Assembly (NCBI GenBank): GCA_037310415.1
Contig: CP147780.1
Span: 2,692,680-2,756,679 of the forward strand
DNA: 64,000 bases
Source: Candidatus Atabeyarchaeum deiterrae
GTDB lineage: Archaea; Asgardarchaeota; Atabeyarchaeia; Atabeyarchaeales; Atabeyarchaeaceae
Direction: 5' to 3'
Shown here: positions 37,216-47,506 of the stretch, one piece after another
How the letters are laid out: each line of letters opens with the position of its first letter
Numbering within the stretch: the first letter of the stretch is position 1
Position numbers and translations under genes: made by a program
The notes under the pieces: generated by a model
Seen by the model: the letters and a program-made list of their open reading frames with translations, nothing else
What the model was told of the DNA's origin: nothing
Databases searched by the model: none

Positions 37216-37779
37216 ATGGAACAGCCTACAAGACAATACAGCTTTAAGATTGTAGTTCTCGGAGATTGGGCTGTGGGAAAGACCAGTCTCGTAAGGAGAC
37301 ATGCTAAAGGTAAGTTCACTTTTGATACAAAAGCCACGATCGGCGTAGATGTGACCACGAAACAATACAGGCTCGAAGGCGGAATAACAATTACGTTGGC
37401 AATTTGGGATGTGGCTGGGCAGGAATTCTGGAGTTCGGTGAGGCACCAGTACTACGGAGGAGCCAATGCGGCGATCTTGGTTTTCGACTTGACGAGGCCC
37501 GAATCATTCTGGCATATAAAAGCGTGGTACGTTGATCTCAGAGACAACTTAGGGCAAAAGGTCCCAGTTGTCTTGTTGGGGAATAAGACGGATCTCCCTG
37601 ATCAGAGAGCTGTTACTCTAGGCGAAGCATCTGAGCTTGCCGATGGTTACGGTTTCAAGTACTTTGAGACTTCTGCTGCCACGAGCGAAAACGTTGATAG
37701 AGCTTTCTACAACTTGCTCGCTCAGATAATCATCTCCAAGAAGATTGGGATGGATGTCTTTGGGATAAGGGAAGTGTGA
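37216..37779 (+). CDS. Rab-like small GTPase
   Basis: GDWAVGKT, TIGVDV, WDVAGQE, YYGGA, NKTD, ETSA; ATG at 37216 follows GGGAG. Confidence 0.93.
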   Translation: MEQPTRQYSFKIVVLGDWAVGKTSLVRRHAKGKFTFDTKATIGVDVTTKQYRLEGGITITLAIWDVAGQEFWSSVRHQYYGGANAAILVFDLTRPESFWHIKAWYVDLRDNLGQKVPVVLLGNKTDLPDQRAVTLGEASELADGYGFKYFETSAATSENVDRAFYNLLAQIIISKKIGMDVFGIREV

Positions 37780-37816
37780 AGGAAAGCGTCGCAGGGCACT
37801 AGTTTTCCTGTGTAGT

Positions 37817-38596
37817 TCACATAGTCATACCGCCATCGACCGACAGGTTCGTTCCAGTGCAGAACTCGTTCAGTACTAGGAAGAGGACTCCATCAGCGAT
37901 CTCTTCTGGCGTTCCCAATCTTTTCATGGGCTGGCGCGCTATCAACTGCTGTCCTGCTTCTTCAGGATCTTCAGACTGTGAGACCCTTCTTCTGAAGGAG
38001 GGCGTATCAGTGGTTCCAGGGCTAATGCTGTTCACGCGGATGTTATCACTGATGTAATCCATCGCCATTGCACGGCTCAAAGACAAAACGGCACCCTTTG
38101 ACGCCGTGTATGCAGCCCTATCCGTGACTCCTTTCAGTGCAACGGATGATGCGGTGTTGATTATTGTGCCCTTTGTTCTCTTTAGGTGCGGGACAGCGTA
38201 TTTTGACAACAGGAAGATACCGCGTACATTTACCGCCATTGTTTTGTCCCAATCCTCAACCGATGTATTGTCGATCCTTCCAGGAAGGACGATGCCCGCG
38301 TTGTTGAATAGAATGTCAATTCTTCCGTATGCCGCGACTGTCTTTTCGATGATTCTCTCTGCATCCTCCGGCTTTGAGATGTCCCCTTGAATGAACTCTG
38401 CTTTTCCGCCTGAGCCTCTAATCTTCTTGGTCACTTTTGAGCCGGATTCGGCTACATCAACGCAACACACTGCTGCCCCCTCTCTGGCAAATAAGATTGC
38501 AGTTGCCTCACCGATGCCTGCACCAGCGCCAGTAACGATGGCGACTTTTCCCTTCAACCTCAAGTTAATCATCTCACTCTTACCTCTCAGTAACAT
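37817..38596 (-). CDS. SDR family oxidoreductase
   Basis: TGAGAGIG, NNAG, YTASK. Confidence 0.92.
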   Translation of the reverse strand: MLLRGKSEMINLRLKGKVAIVTGAGAGIGEATAILFAREGAAVCCVDVAESGSKVTKKIRGSGGKAEFIQGDISKPEDAERIIEKTVAAYGRIDILFNNAGIVLPGRIDNTSVEDWDKTMAVNVRGIFLLSKYAVPHLKRTKGTIINTASSVALKGVTDRAAYTASKGAVLSLSRAMAMDYISDNIRVNSISPGTTDTPSFRRRVSQSEDPEEAGQQLIARQPMKRLGTPEEIADGVLFLVLNEFCTGTNLSVDGGMTM

Positions 38597-38898
38597 TAGG
38601 AGAGGTTACTAGTTATTCTTTGTTGCCCTAGACCCGACAGTTGCCAGAGCCTTGGTCTTCCACTCTTACGCGTCACAATCTTTTCATTCTCCATCAAATG
38701 CAGGTGATAGTTGACGACATTGTAAGAGAGGCTCGCTTCCTTGGATATCTTTGACGCGGATTTCCACCCGCGTTCCAAGGTTCGGATGACCTTAGTTCTG
38801 CTTATTACCCCTGGGAGTACGTTCAGTATTCTCCTTAGGTAGGCTCTTGGTTCGGCTTCAGGTTTCTCTATCTTTCTTGCCTGTCGCCTCACTCTCAT
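38596..38898 (-). CDS. winged-helix (ArsR-like) DNA-binding protein
   Basis: SASKISKEASLSYNVVNYHLHLMENEKIV...W; TAATG overlap with the SDR gene. Confidence 0.75.
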   Translation of the reverse strand: MRVRRQARKIEKPEAEPRAYLRRILNVLPGVISRTKVIRTLERGWKSASKISKEASLSYNVVNYHLHLMENEKIVTRKSGRPRLWQLSGLGQQRITSNLS

Positions 38899-39132
38899 GA
38901 AACCTCCGCAGACTCACTTGGATATCATCATGTGCATCCAGCATCTGTCAGAGCCATGCAGCAACCACCAAACAGAAAAACGTGTAGCTTAGCATGATGA
39001 TACTCAATCTATTAGTTTTTGCGGTCAATTCTTGAATGCTAATGCCTAGGTCCGTTTGCTGGCAGCTAGCATAGTAACATATAGATGAAATGAAAAGCTT
39101 ATTTTAGGGGTCAGACAACTCTTCAAACCTAG

Positions 39133-40521
39133 TTGATGCATATGGCAGTAACCGATTTTCTCAGGAGCCTAAAGCAGTGGCATGATAGGGGAGTTTTGAC
39201 CAACTACAATCTGCTTCCCGAAACTATTCCATCGACAATGCCGAGTCGAGTTCACATTTGGGATGAGACGCTCAGAGATGGTGAGCAGACTCCAGGAGTT
39301 TCTTTGAGCGTTAATGAGAAAGTCCAGCTTGCGAAGTTGCTGGATGAGGTAGGTGTGGACATAATAGTCGTCGGTTATCCGGCTGTTTCGAAGCATGAAG
39401 CGGAGTCGGTTAAGGCTATATGCAAGGAACGTTTCTCCCACGCTAAAGTAGGTGCCCCTGCTAGGGCTCTGAAGAAGGATATCGATGCATGTATCGATTG
39501 CGGGGTCGAGGAGGTGCCGATCTTCCTTGCAACGTCCGATCTTCGAATAAAGTATGATTACATGTTTAAGGGTGGTCGCGACGAAGTAGTTAAGCGGGCT
39601 GTCGAATCGGTTGAATATGTTCGTGAGCATGGAATGAAGGCTGATTTCGTAGCGGAGGACTCGAGCAGAAGCGACCTTGATTTTGTTGCGAAAGTCTTTA
39701 AAAACGTGGCTGAGGCTGGAGCAGAGAGGGTTGTTGTGGCTGACACTGTTGGATTCATGCGACCAGGCTCGATGAGAGTCTTCATGAGACGACTCATGGA
39801 CAAACTGCGCATGGATTCGGTTAAGGTGCCTGTATCTGTTCACTGCCACAATGATCTTGGACTGGCGACTGCAAACACCTTGACGGCAATAGAAGAGGGA
39901 GCCGATTTCCCTCACGTCTGCGTAAATGGCTACGGCGAGAGAGCCGGCAACGCACCTCTGGAAGAAGTTGTCATTGCGCTGGAGATCCTCTACAACGTGA
40001 GAACAGGCTTGAAAGTTGAAAAACTCTTCGAGCTCTCATTACTTGCGGAGAAGGTCTTCTGCATTCCTATTCCAGTTCACAAAGCAATCACTGGCGGCAA
40101 TGCATTCACGCATGAATCCGGAATACATGTAAAAGGAATGCTGTTCCACCCGCTCGCATATGAACCGATTGACCCCAAGATTGTTGGAAGAACGAGGCAG
40201 ATAAGTTTCGGGAAATTGAGTGGATCGGCTGGAGTCAGATCCGTCCTTGAGAGGGAGTTGAAGGGCGTCAGGTTGAGTGACGAAGATGTAAACAGAGTGC
40301 TCCAAGCCATAAAGGCTCGAATTGAGCGTCAAGGAGAAGACGAGAAAGAGAAGACGGTAACCGAGTTTCAAGAGAAGGTTAAGAAGACGATGGCGAAGAT
40401 ACTTGCAGGAGTACGGTACAAGGAATTCTGGGAGATTGCGGGAAAAGAGCTGAAAGTACCAACAGAAAAGTTGGACGAAATCATTAAACGCAGGGTGGAG
40501 CATGAATGGATAAGTCTATAA
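39133..40521 (+). CDS. LeuA-family (isopropylmalate/homocitrate/citramalate) synthase lacking the regulatory domain
   Basis: DETLRDGEQ, HCHND, GERAGNA, HESGIH, GKLSG. Confidence 0.85.
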   Translation: MMHMAVTDFLRSLKQWHDRGVLTNYNLLPETIPSTMPSRVHIWDETLRDGEQTPGVSLSVNEKVQLAKLLDEVGVDIIVVGYPAVSKHEAESVKAICKERFSHAKVGAPARALKKDIDACIDCGVEEVPIFLATSDLRIKYDYMFKGGRDEVVKRAVESVEYVREHGMKADFVAEDSSRSDLDFVAKVFKNVAEAGAERVVVADTVGFMRPGSMRVFMRRLMDKLRMDSVKVPVSVHCHNDLGLATANTLTAIEEGADFPHVCVNGYGERAGNAPLEEVVIALEILYNVRTGLKVEKLFELSLLAEKVFCIPIPVHKAITGGNAFTHESGIHVKGMLFHPLAYEPIDPKIVGRTRQISFGKLSGSAGVRSVLERELKGVRLSDEDVNRVLQAIKARIERQGEDEKEKTVTEFQEKVKKTMAKILAGVRYKEFWEIAGKELKVPTEKLDEIIKRRVEHEWISL

Positions 40522-40607
40522 GCTGATATTTCGCGAATCGTCGCTACTTCTCTGGAGTCCAACATAACATGTCCAAGTGATTCTCCGTATTCAAGAGGTA
40601 ATGCAGT

Positions 40608-42044
40608 TTGAAGGACCCAAGTCTTCCGGAAGACATTGTTGAATTCCTTCTGGATGATTCGTTCAAGCAAGGAGCAACGCACTGCGAAATAAGAATTGAG
40701 AGCTATTCGAATGAGACCTTGAACGTTGAAGGAAAACTATTGAAGTCGAGTTTCAACCATTCGTCTAAGGGTGTGGGGGTCAGGCTAATCGCAAATGGGG
40801 CTTGGGGCCTGGCGTCAACCACGGACTCTGATAATGAAAGTCTGAAGAATGTAGTAGCATCTGCAGTCAACATGGCGAGGTCGGTAGGCAATCGAAGGAA
40901 AACGCCTGTCAAGCTGCGTGAGAGCAAGCCAGTTCGCGACAACGTTGCCACCAAGGTCAAGGTGGGCTTTTCAGATGTTGAGTTGAGAGACAAAGTGGAC
41001 TTGCTTGTAGAGTGTAACAAGAGACTCAAGGCTTCGAATGAAGTTGCAAAGACGATCGCCACATTAGTCGAAATTGAAGGCAACAAGTTCATAGCGACCT
41101 CTGAAGGAGCAAGAATCAATTTCAAACATTCAATGACGTTTGGAACATTAACAGCATTTGGCTTCAGCTCAGGAGTTTCAGAATCGGCTATGGTGGAGCT
41201 TGGTGGCTCTGGTGGTGTCGAGAAAATGGAACCGAGCTACCTCGTTGATGAATCAAGGAGCGTTGGGGAAAGAGCTGTGCGTTTGCTTAAGGCAAAGGCA
41301 TGTCCAAACATAGGAAAAACCGAGATAGTGATGGATCCGACGTTCATGGCCCTTCTTACCCATGAAATAATAGGGCATCCGTCTGAAGCCGACAGAGTAC
41401 TCGGCTGGGAACAAGCGTGGGGAGGCGGCGCATGGTGGCAGGGCATGCAGGGACAAATGGTAGGCTCTGACCTACTCAGCGCTGTGAACGAAGGAGACAT
41501 TGAAGGGGCACTCGGGTACTTGCCCTATGACGATGAAGCTGTCAAATGTAAGCGCACATACCTAATCAAGAATGGCAAACTCGTTGGACATATTCAATCG
41601 AGACAGACGGCCGAAACATTTGGCGTCGAAGCCACTGGCGGAATCAAAGCATTCTCCTATGACTGCTCTCCTTTGATAAGAATGAGTAATGCGTTCATCT
41701 TGGAGGGCGATTGGAGGCCCGAAGAAATAATCGAAGAAACGAAGAATGGCGTCTTCGTCAAGTACTACATCAGCCCCTCAATAGATGACAGACGCTACAG
41801 ATGGACGATCACCCCACAGGAGACCTACGTGATTAAGAATGGTGAGATTGGCGAACTCTATAGAGGTGGCGTAATCATGGGTGTCGCGCCTGAATTCTTC
41901 AAGTCAATTGACGCCGTTGGGCGAGACTTGAGAATACTTCCTGTAATAGGGTGTGGCAAGGGCGATCCTGAGCAACTGATATGCGTTGGCAATGGCGGTC
42001 CAACCATACGTAGCAGAGCAACGGTCGTTGGGAGAGGTGAGTAG
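40608..42044 (+). CDS. tldD: TldD family metalloprotease subunit
   Basis: GVGVR, HEIIGH, YDDE, RMSN, CGKG. Confidence 0.9.
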   Translation: MKDPSLPEDIVEFLLDDSFKQGATHCEIRIESYSNETLNVEGKLLKSSFNHSSKGVGVRLIANGAWGLASTTDSDNESLKNVVASAVNMARSVGNRRKTPVKLRESKPVRDNVATKVKVGFSDVELRDKVDLLVECNKRLKASNEVAKTIATLVEIEGNKFIATSEGARINFKHSMTFGTLTAFGFSSGVSESAMVELGGSGGVEKMEPSYLVDESRSVGERAVRLLKAKACPNIGKTEIVMDPTFMALLTHEIIGHPSEADRVLGWEQAWGGGAWWQGMQGQMVGSDLLSAVNEGDIEGALGYLPYDDEAVKCKRTYLIKNGKLVGHIQSRQTAETFGVEATGGIKAFSYDCSPLIRMSNAFILEGDWRPEEIIEETKNGVFVKYYISPSIDDRRYRWTITPQETYVIKNGEIGELYRGGVIMGVAPEFFKSIDAVGRDLRILPVIGCGKGDPEQLICVGNGGPTIRSRATVVGRGE

Positions 42045-42050
42045 TTCCAA

Positions 42051-43478
42051 TTGAAAACAACCAGCATTCTGGGCGACTTCGTTCGGGAAGTCCTCAACGG
42101 CCTATCCAAAAAGGGAAACGCAGAACAACTGGAAGTCTACTGTTCAGCCAACCAGATACGTTCGCTCAAGATCGTGAATAATGAGATCCTTGAATCAAAG
42201 CGAGTGATAGATTCGGGAATTGGTGTTCGTGTTCTGAAAGATGGGTTCGTTGGTTACGCTTCTAGAACCTCATTGACGCTCGAAGGTGCAAAAGAAGCTT
42301 ACACCCGAGCTGCTGGCATAGCCAACTCGAAGCTGGGCGAAAGAGAAGAAAAGGTCACATTTGCACACCCACAAAGCGTTAAGGGTTCAGTACCGCCGGA
42401 GGCTCCCTTTTCAGATCATAAGCTTCGAAGCCTCCAAGGCGAAGAACTAGCTGAGCTTGGAAAGACAATGCTTGACTCAGCACTGGGGCTTGACAAACGT
42501 GTCGCTGACTCTTCAGGGTCGATCAACATAGTCAGCTATGAGTTCGCTGTTTCTAATTCGAATGGAATCGACTCACAAGACGAAGGCGACTATGCCTATG
42601 CGACTCTCACCTCTATAGCGAAAGAAGGAGAGCAATCAGCTCAAGGCTTCGACACGCTTGTAACACGACGGTACGCGAAACTCGTTAGTGAAGTGGGGGA
42701 AGTGGGAAGCAATGCAGCAGACACAAGCGTTCGAAGCTTAGGTGCCAGACAGCCGTCGTCTGGAAAATGCGACATTATCTACACGCCTACTTGTCTCAGC
42801 ATAACTATGCTTAACCTTGGAAGGATGGCTAATGCGCAAAGGGTGCAGGATGGTCAGTCGATCTTCGTTGACAGTCTAGGTAAGAGCGTCGCATCTGACA
42901 TGGTCTCCATAGTCGAGGATGGAAGATACGAAGATGGAATGCGAAGTACACTGGTCGATGACGAAGGTTTACCAACGAAACGCACTGTCATCATCGAGAA
43001 TGGTACACTGAAATCCTTCTTCTTTGACTCTCACACCGGAGCGAAGTCCGGTGTTCAAAGCACTGGGAATGGCTTTCGAATAGCGACTCAGGTTGGGGGC
43101 AGCACTCTTGAAGGTAAGAGATATGATTATCCTCCTACTTGTTCATCGGCAAATTTCGTTATCCTTCCTGGAGACACGACCGAAGAGGAACTAATCCAAG
43201 ACACCAAACGCGGAATCTTGCTTGGATGGACTAGATACGAGCGAATCCTAAACAGTAGAACCGGCGCATTCACAGTAAACGCAAGAGGTAGAAACTTTAT
43301 GATCGAAAATGGTGAAATCAAGTATCCTGTATACGGATTTAGAATACACGACAATTACATGAACGTGCTGAAGTCAATTGACTGTGTAGCCAGAAACGTT
43401 GAACAGAAAGGACATTGGGGACTAGCTTCCATCGCTCCAAGTTTCAGAACTCGCGGTATTCAGATAATTTCAATGTAG
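42051..43478 (+). CDS. pmbA: PmbA/TldE family subunit
   Basis: GIGVR, DDEG, STGNG; no HExxxH; paired with tldD. Confidence 0.85.
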   Translation: MKTTSILGDFVREVLNGLSKKGNAEQLEVYCSANQIRSLKIVNNEILESKRVIDSGIGVRVLKDGFVGYASRTSLTLEGAKEAYTRAAGIANSKLGEREEKVTFAHPQSVKGSVPPEAPFSDHKLRSLQGEELAELGKTMLDSALGLDKRVADSSGSINIVSYEFAVSNSNGIDSQDEGDYAYATLTSIAKEGEQSAQGFDTLVTRRYAKLVSEVGEVGSNAADTSVRSLGARQPSSGKCDIIYTPTCLSITMLNLGRMANAQRVQDGQSIFVDSLGKSVASDMVSIVEDGRYEDGMRSTLVDDEGLPTKRTVIIENGTLKSFFFDSHTGAKSGVQSTGNGFRIATQVGGSTLEGKRYDYPPTCSSANFVILPGDTTEEELIQDTKRGILLGWTRYERILNSRTGAFTVNARGRNFMIENGEIKYPVYGFRIHDNYMNVLKSIDCVARNVEQKGHWGLASIAPSFRTRGIQIISM

Positions 43479-43574
43479 CAGCATGGGACCACGGCGAGGG
43501 ACTGTCTGATAGTACTCGACTTCTGCATATTTCCTACGGAGCGCAACTCAATACTGATGGTGCTTCAGGTTCTG

Positions 43575-44654
43575 TTACTCTGCAGGTTTGAATAGTACTA
43601 CCTCATGGAGCGTTGTGCCGCGCTCCTTGTGTCCAGTGCCGTCTTTCTTCACGTCAAGCTCGAAACTAGACTGTAGTCTGAAATAGCCAGGCTTCATCCT
43701 TAATACATGCCTCGCTAGAAAACGAAGCACTGACCCAAAACGATCCAACATGTCCTCGGCCTCAAGAACTTTCTCGACTTTGAGCCTAGCTTCCATCTCA
43801 CCTGGAACTCTGATTCTCAACTTCTTTGGGTAGCTGTGCTTGGCGCGGGGATCATATTCGAAGTTCCCTTTGTGGAACTCAAAGTCACCAGTGCTGAGAA
43901 TGGGGTTCTCCCCTTTGGCTAGCATCAGAACCTTAACAGCATGCCGATCCACCTTCTTGTTACACTGGATGAAGGCGTAGCATACCGTGTAATTCTTTGA
44001 ATAGATTCTTCCCCACATCCAATACTCGATTATGCTCTGGAACGAGAAATCTAGCCAGTTGTGGTCGTGATATCCAACACCTTTCACTGATATCTTGTGC
44101 TCGCCGTCACGAATAGTGCCGTTGACTGAAGCCCTCGCGAATGGGACAACCCAAGCAAAGTATCCCATATCAGCAAAGTGTGAGAACCCCGTACCGGGTT
44201 TCCAACCCCTCACTTGGGTTGAGTAAGTCAAATCAAACCCTAGTTCCTCCTCATCGAGATGGATTACGTACACTGGAAAGCCTCCCTTCGAATGGTCGAC
44301 TTTCAGGTAGTTATGACCAACCTTGACATCTGCTCGCTTACGGGATGCATGGAACTCCGACTTCGGGTATTCGATAAACTTCTGGGTCTTCTTGCCGTCT
44401 GGTCTCAGCAGAACAAGCTCAACACCTGCTTTGCCTGCGGTTGGTCCAGGGTTTGGGTTTGATGCATAAAAGAATGCTACGATGGTGTGACCAGACTCCA
44501 GATGGGCGTCGAAGTACCACCATTCATACGTCTTCTTTTTTGCCATGTCAATGTGAAGCCCGTCGTCTTCGGGAGTGAGTGGAGCTATTATGCTATCCCG
44601 TCTTCCTGGGCCTGACCACCCTTCTTCTACTCTCTCGCTGATTGTCTCTTTCAT
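43575..44654 (-). CDS. CrtC/AttH-like (lipocalin-type beta-barrel) protein
   Basis: YEWWYFDA, GVGYHDHNW, WMWGR. Confidence 0.75.
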   Translation of the reverse strand: MKETISERVEEGWSGPGRRDSIIAPLTPEDDGLHIDMAKKKTYEWWYFDAHLESGHTIVAFFYASNPNPGPTAGKAGVELVLLRPDGKKTQKFIEYPKSEFHASRKRADVKVGHNYLKVDHSKGGFPVYVIHLDEEELGFDLTYSTQVRGWKPGTGFSHFADMGYFAWVVPFARASVNGTIRDGEHKISVKGVGYHDHNWLDFSFQSIIEYWMWGRIYSKNYTVCYAFIQCNKKVDRHAVKVLMLAKGENPILSTGDFEFHKGNFEYDPRAKHSYPKKLRIRVPGEMEARLKVEKVLEAEDMLDRFGSVLRFLARHVLRMKPGYFRLQSSFELDVKKDGTGHKERGTTLHEVVLFKPAE

Positions 44655-46234
44655 TTCTTCTTTGCCGCTCCTGTCACGTAATATCCTGCATCAGAGGCGC
44701 CTTTAGGATCGAAGGCGTCCTTAATCTTTCTCAGCCAATCGGGGTAGTTCATAGTGCGATCCGCATAGTAGTCGTGCGCATCATCACCAACCATAAAGAA
44801 TGGCATGCCTAAAGCCTGCTCAAGATCCATTTTATTGCTTTCATCTTGGTATTCTACGTATCCCGAGCATGATTCCGCTGAGGTTGACTCGTAGACGGTT
44901 GGGGACTCGAGATGGGCCATGTGTCCTCCCTCATACCCCGTCATCCAGATTCCATCTCCCCTGTCGTCTCCAATCACGTGTTTCTTGATGTACTTCTGTT
45001 TAAGCGGCTTGTTCAATTGCGCGATTTTGACTGCTAACGATATCGTATCCATGCCGCCGTGAGTGCTCTGGAAACAGTTGGAGAAACGGAAGGCGTGAGC
45101 CCCGAGCATATTCCTTACTGTCTCCCCATAATGCATGGGCTTAGGTGAGACTACTCCTGCCTCCACTAAGTCTTTACCGCCGTACTTATCTGCAATTACC
45201 TTAAGAAGCTGAGTGCGAAACTCGAACTCCCGCGATGTGTGGGCTGCTACTAGCACAACTATGTACTTCTTTGTCTTGGCCAGAAGACCCCCGAAGATCG
45301 CATTGATCGCCTCCGCCTTGGTATTAGTGAACAGGACCGCCAAACCTTCTGGTGCAGACGTGGTCGCAACCATGGCCAATTCGCGGTCATTGATCTCGTA
45401 GTAGGCTTTCTCGTAGGCTTCCCAGTTCTCGAAATTCAGAACGTACATCCTCCAGTATAGGGGTATGTCCCATTCGTAATTTGGAATAGTGCCACCAGTT
45501 CGCCATTTCCAATCCTTCTGCGCTGGCCAAGAGTACAACCTGACTGCGCACTTGGTAAACACGCCAAGGCCTCCATAGGCTCCCAGCCACCCTCTCATTA
45601 CTCCTCTGAGACTTGGACCTGGTCCGTCACCGGCAAACCACTTTCCGTTGTGATCAAAGGATCCTAGTCTCAGGATCTCACCATCCGGAAGCACCCACTC
45701 CACGCCTAGAACGTTCCTGCCACTGAAGCCGGTGTAAGGAGACGTAAAGCCTGGACCCACGAATGATGTGTGGCTTGCCAGAGGAGATGTCTGTGGACCG
45801 GCACCCTGCGCGTGATGCATTAGCCCGTACCTGAAGAGTTCGGATTGGAGTTCCGCGTTGGTTACGTATGGCTCGATGACTGCATACATGTTATTTGCAT
45901 CGACTTCCAGGATCCGATTCATTCTTCTGAGATCGATTTGAATGGCGCGCGAACTGCTGACGCCAGCCCAGCGACCAAGCCCAGTGCTCAGAGCTTTGAA
46001 TTTCAAGTCATGCTCGTTACATAGTCGGACGATCGCCTGCACTTCCTCCGTAGACGCGGGGAGCACAACAGCTAGCGGTCTTTGCCCGAATCTTTCGGGT
46101 TTCTTGCCAGGTTGTAGGTTATGGAACTCTTCGCCCCACTGGAAGGCATAGGTATCCAGTATGCTGGGTTCTCTTGTGATGTTGTCCTCGCCGACTATCT
46201 TCTTGAAGGCATTGTAAACTGCATCCTCTAGCAT
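44651..46234 (-). CDS. FAD-linked oxidoreductase (VAO/PCMH/GlcD FAD_binding_4 family)
   Basis: PLAVVLPASTEEVQ, DLRRMNRI, GPGPSLRG, KDAFDP. Confidence 0.85.
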   Translation of the reverse strand: MLEDAVYNAFKKIVGEDNITREPSILDTYAFQWGEEFHNLQPGKKPERFGQRPLAVVLPASTEEVQAIVRLCNEHDLKFKALSTGLGRWAGVSSSRAIQIDLRRMNRILEVDANNMYAVIEPYVTNAELQSELFRYGLMHHAQGAGPQTSPLASHTSFVGPGFTSPYTGFSGRNVLGVEWVLPDGEILRLGSFDHNGKWFAGDGPGPSLRGVMRGWLGAYGGLGVFTKCAVRLYSWPAQKDWKWRTGGTIPNYEWDIPLYWRMYVLNFENWEAYEKAYYEINDRELAMVATTSAPEGLAVLFTNTKAEAINAIFGGLLAKTKKYIVVLVAAHTSREFEFRTQLLKVIADKYGGKDLVEAGVVSPKPMHYGETVRNMLGAHAFRFSNCFQSTHGGMDTISLAVKIAQLNKPLKQKYIKKHVIGDDRGDGIWMTGYEGGHMAHLESPTVYESTSAESCSGYVEYQDESNKMDLEQALGMPFFMVGDDAHDYYADRTMNYPDWLRKIKDAFDPKGASDAGYYVTGAAKKK

Positions 46235-47506
46235 CTACTTGCCACCTCCAATGCTTCTGGCGACCAGTTCTGTGAGATCGTAATATTCCATTGAGGAGCC
46301 GCGAGAGCTGAGACCGTCGCGGAAGTTGGTTCCACAGAATGGGCAGGTTGAAACAAGAGCCTGTGCCCCTGTTGCCTCTGCCTCCTCAAGTCGTCGATTC
46401 GCAGTCCAGAGAGCGAAGTCTGGGTATGCTGCTTTTACTCCTGCACCAGCTCCACAGCAGTATGCGTATTCGCGGATTCGTTCCATCTCGACGAGTTCGA
46501 CACCTGGTATTTGTTTGAGGACATTCCTCGGTGCGTCGAATACGCCGCCTGCTCCTCGACGCTCTGGCTTGGGCGGATTGTAGACGTACACGAGAGTTAG
46601 GACCTCGACTTTTTGTCCGTGCCATGGTAAGTACGGCTCGGCCATTCTGCCGAGATGGCACGGATCATGATAGGTGACCTTTAGGGGTACTCTTCTGCTC
46701 AGTTTGAGTCGCTTTTCTTTTAGAAGACTCTCAGTTAATTGTGAAATGTGGACGATCTCAAAATCATGTTTAACAAAGCGTGAGTATTCTACTTTGAGCA
46801 TGTTGTAGCAACCTGCGCAGCTTGTGATGATGCGTTTGATCCCTGCTTCCTTGAACTTTGCCACGTTGTCTTCCATTATCTTGATGGCTCGTTTCCTGTC
46901 CCCGACCCTGTAAACAGGACTCCCGCAGCAGAACTCATCAGAGCCCATAAGCCTGAAGCCTTCATTGGCCGCATTAAGGATCTTTGCAGTTGCTGTGGCG
47001 ATTTCTTCGCGTCTGTACGCTGCTGTGCAGCCCACAAAAAACAGAGTTGAGGAAGACTTCTCGATAGCGATATCATCAGTGAGCCAGGCAGGTCTCTTCT
47101 CGGTGGGCTCACCATAAGGGTTGTGATATCGTTCAACCAGTTTGATGTACTCCTCATGTTTTGGCATGGGTCCCGCGCCTGACTCGACGGCTGCGACTCT
47201 GAACTCGTGAATCGCCTCATTTGGCTCCAGGTCGTAAACCCATTTGCAGGAAACCTCACAAGCACCACAATTTGTGCATCTGTACAGTACATTGAGCGTC
47301 TCTGGAGTGAGCTGTACTCGGCCCTTGTGATAAGCATCGGCAATTATCATTCGTCCTCCGCCTGAATATGCGTGGAAGTTGTACTTCTCAATTGAGGGAC
47401 AGATGTGAGAGAACCGTTTGCTCTTGATTTGCAGTTGCGGTAAGAACTTGCAGTTGGAACATCTCACGCAACTGTCCATCATCTCTTCGAATTTGTCGAG
47501 TGACAT
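46235..47506 (-). CDS. Fe-S oxidoreductase with ferredoxin motifs and two CCG domains (GlpC/HdrD-like)
   Basis: CVRCSNC, CTNCGAC...C, FCCG...CAGC, YHDPCH...CCG...CPFC; ATG 47506 overlaps the upstream TAA. Confidence 0.88.
   Translation of the reverse strand: MSLDKFEEMMDSCVRCSNCKFLPQLQIKSKRFSHICPSIEKYNFHAYSGGGRMIIADAYHKGRVQLTPETLNVLYRCTNCGACEVSCKWVYDLEPNEAIHEFRVAAVESGAGPMPKHEEYIKLVERYHNPYGEPTEKRPAWLTDDIAIEKSSSTLFFVGCTAAYRREEIATATAKILNAANEGFRLMGSDEFCCGSPVYRVGDRKRAIKIMEDNVAKFKEAGIKRIITSCAGCYNMLKVEYSRFVKHDFEIVHISQLTESLLKEKRLKLSRRVPLKVTYHDPCHLGRMAEPYLPWHGQKVEVLTLVYVYNPPKPERRGAGGVFDAPRNVLKQIPGVELVEMERIREYAYCCGAGAGVKAAYPDFALWTANRRLEEAEATGAQALVSTCPFCGTNFRDGLSSRGSSMEYYDLTELVARSIGGGK

Noticed and set aside
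38989-39042. C/D box sRNA (ATGATGA ... TTGA with terminal stem)
   Set aside because: The D box is not CTGA, there are no internal D'/C' boxes and the spacing is short; kept only as part of the inverted-repeat finding.
22539-40521. Branched-chain amino-acid biosynthesis operon (ilvD, ALS-like, leuA-like)
   Set aside because: The genes are scattered on different strands, and ilvC, ilvN and leuBCD are absent from the window.
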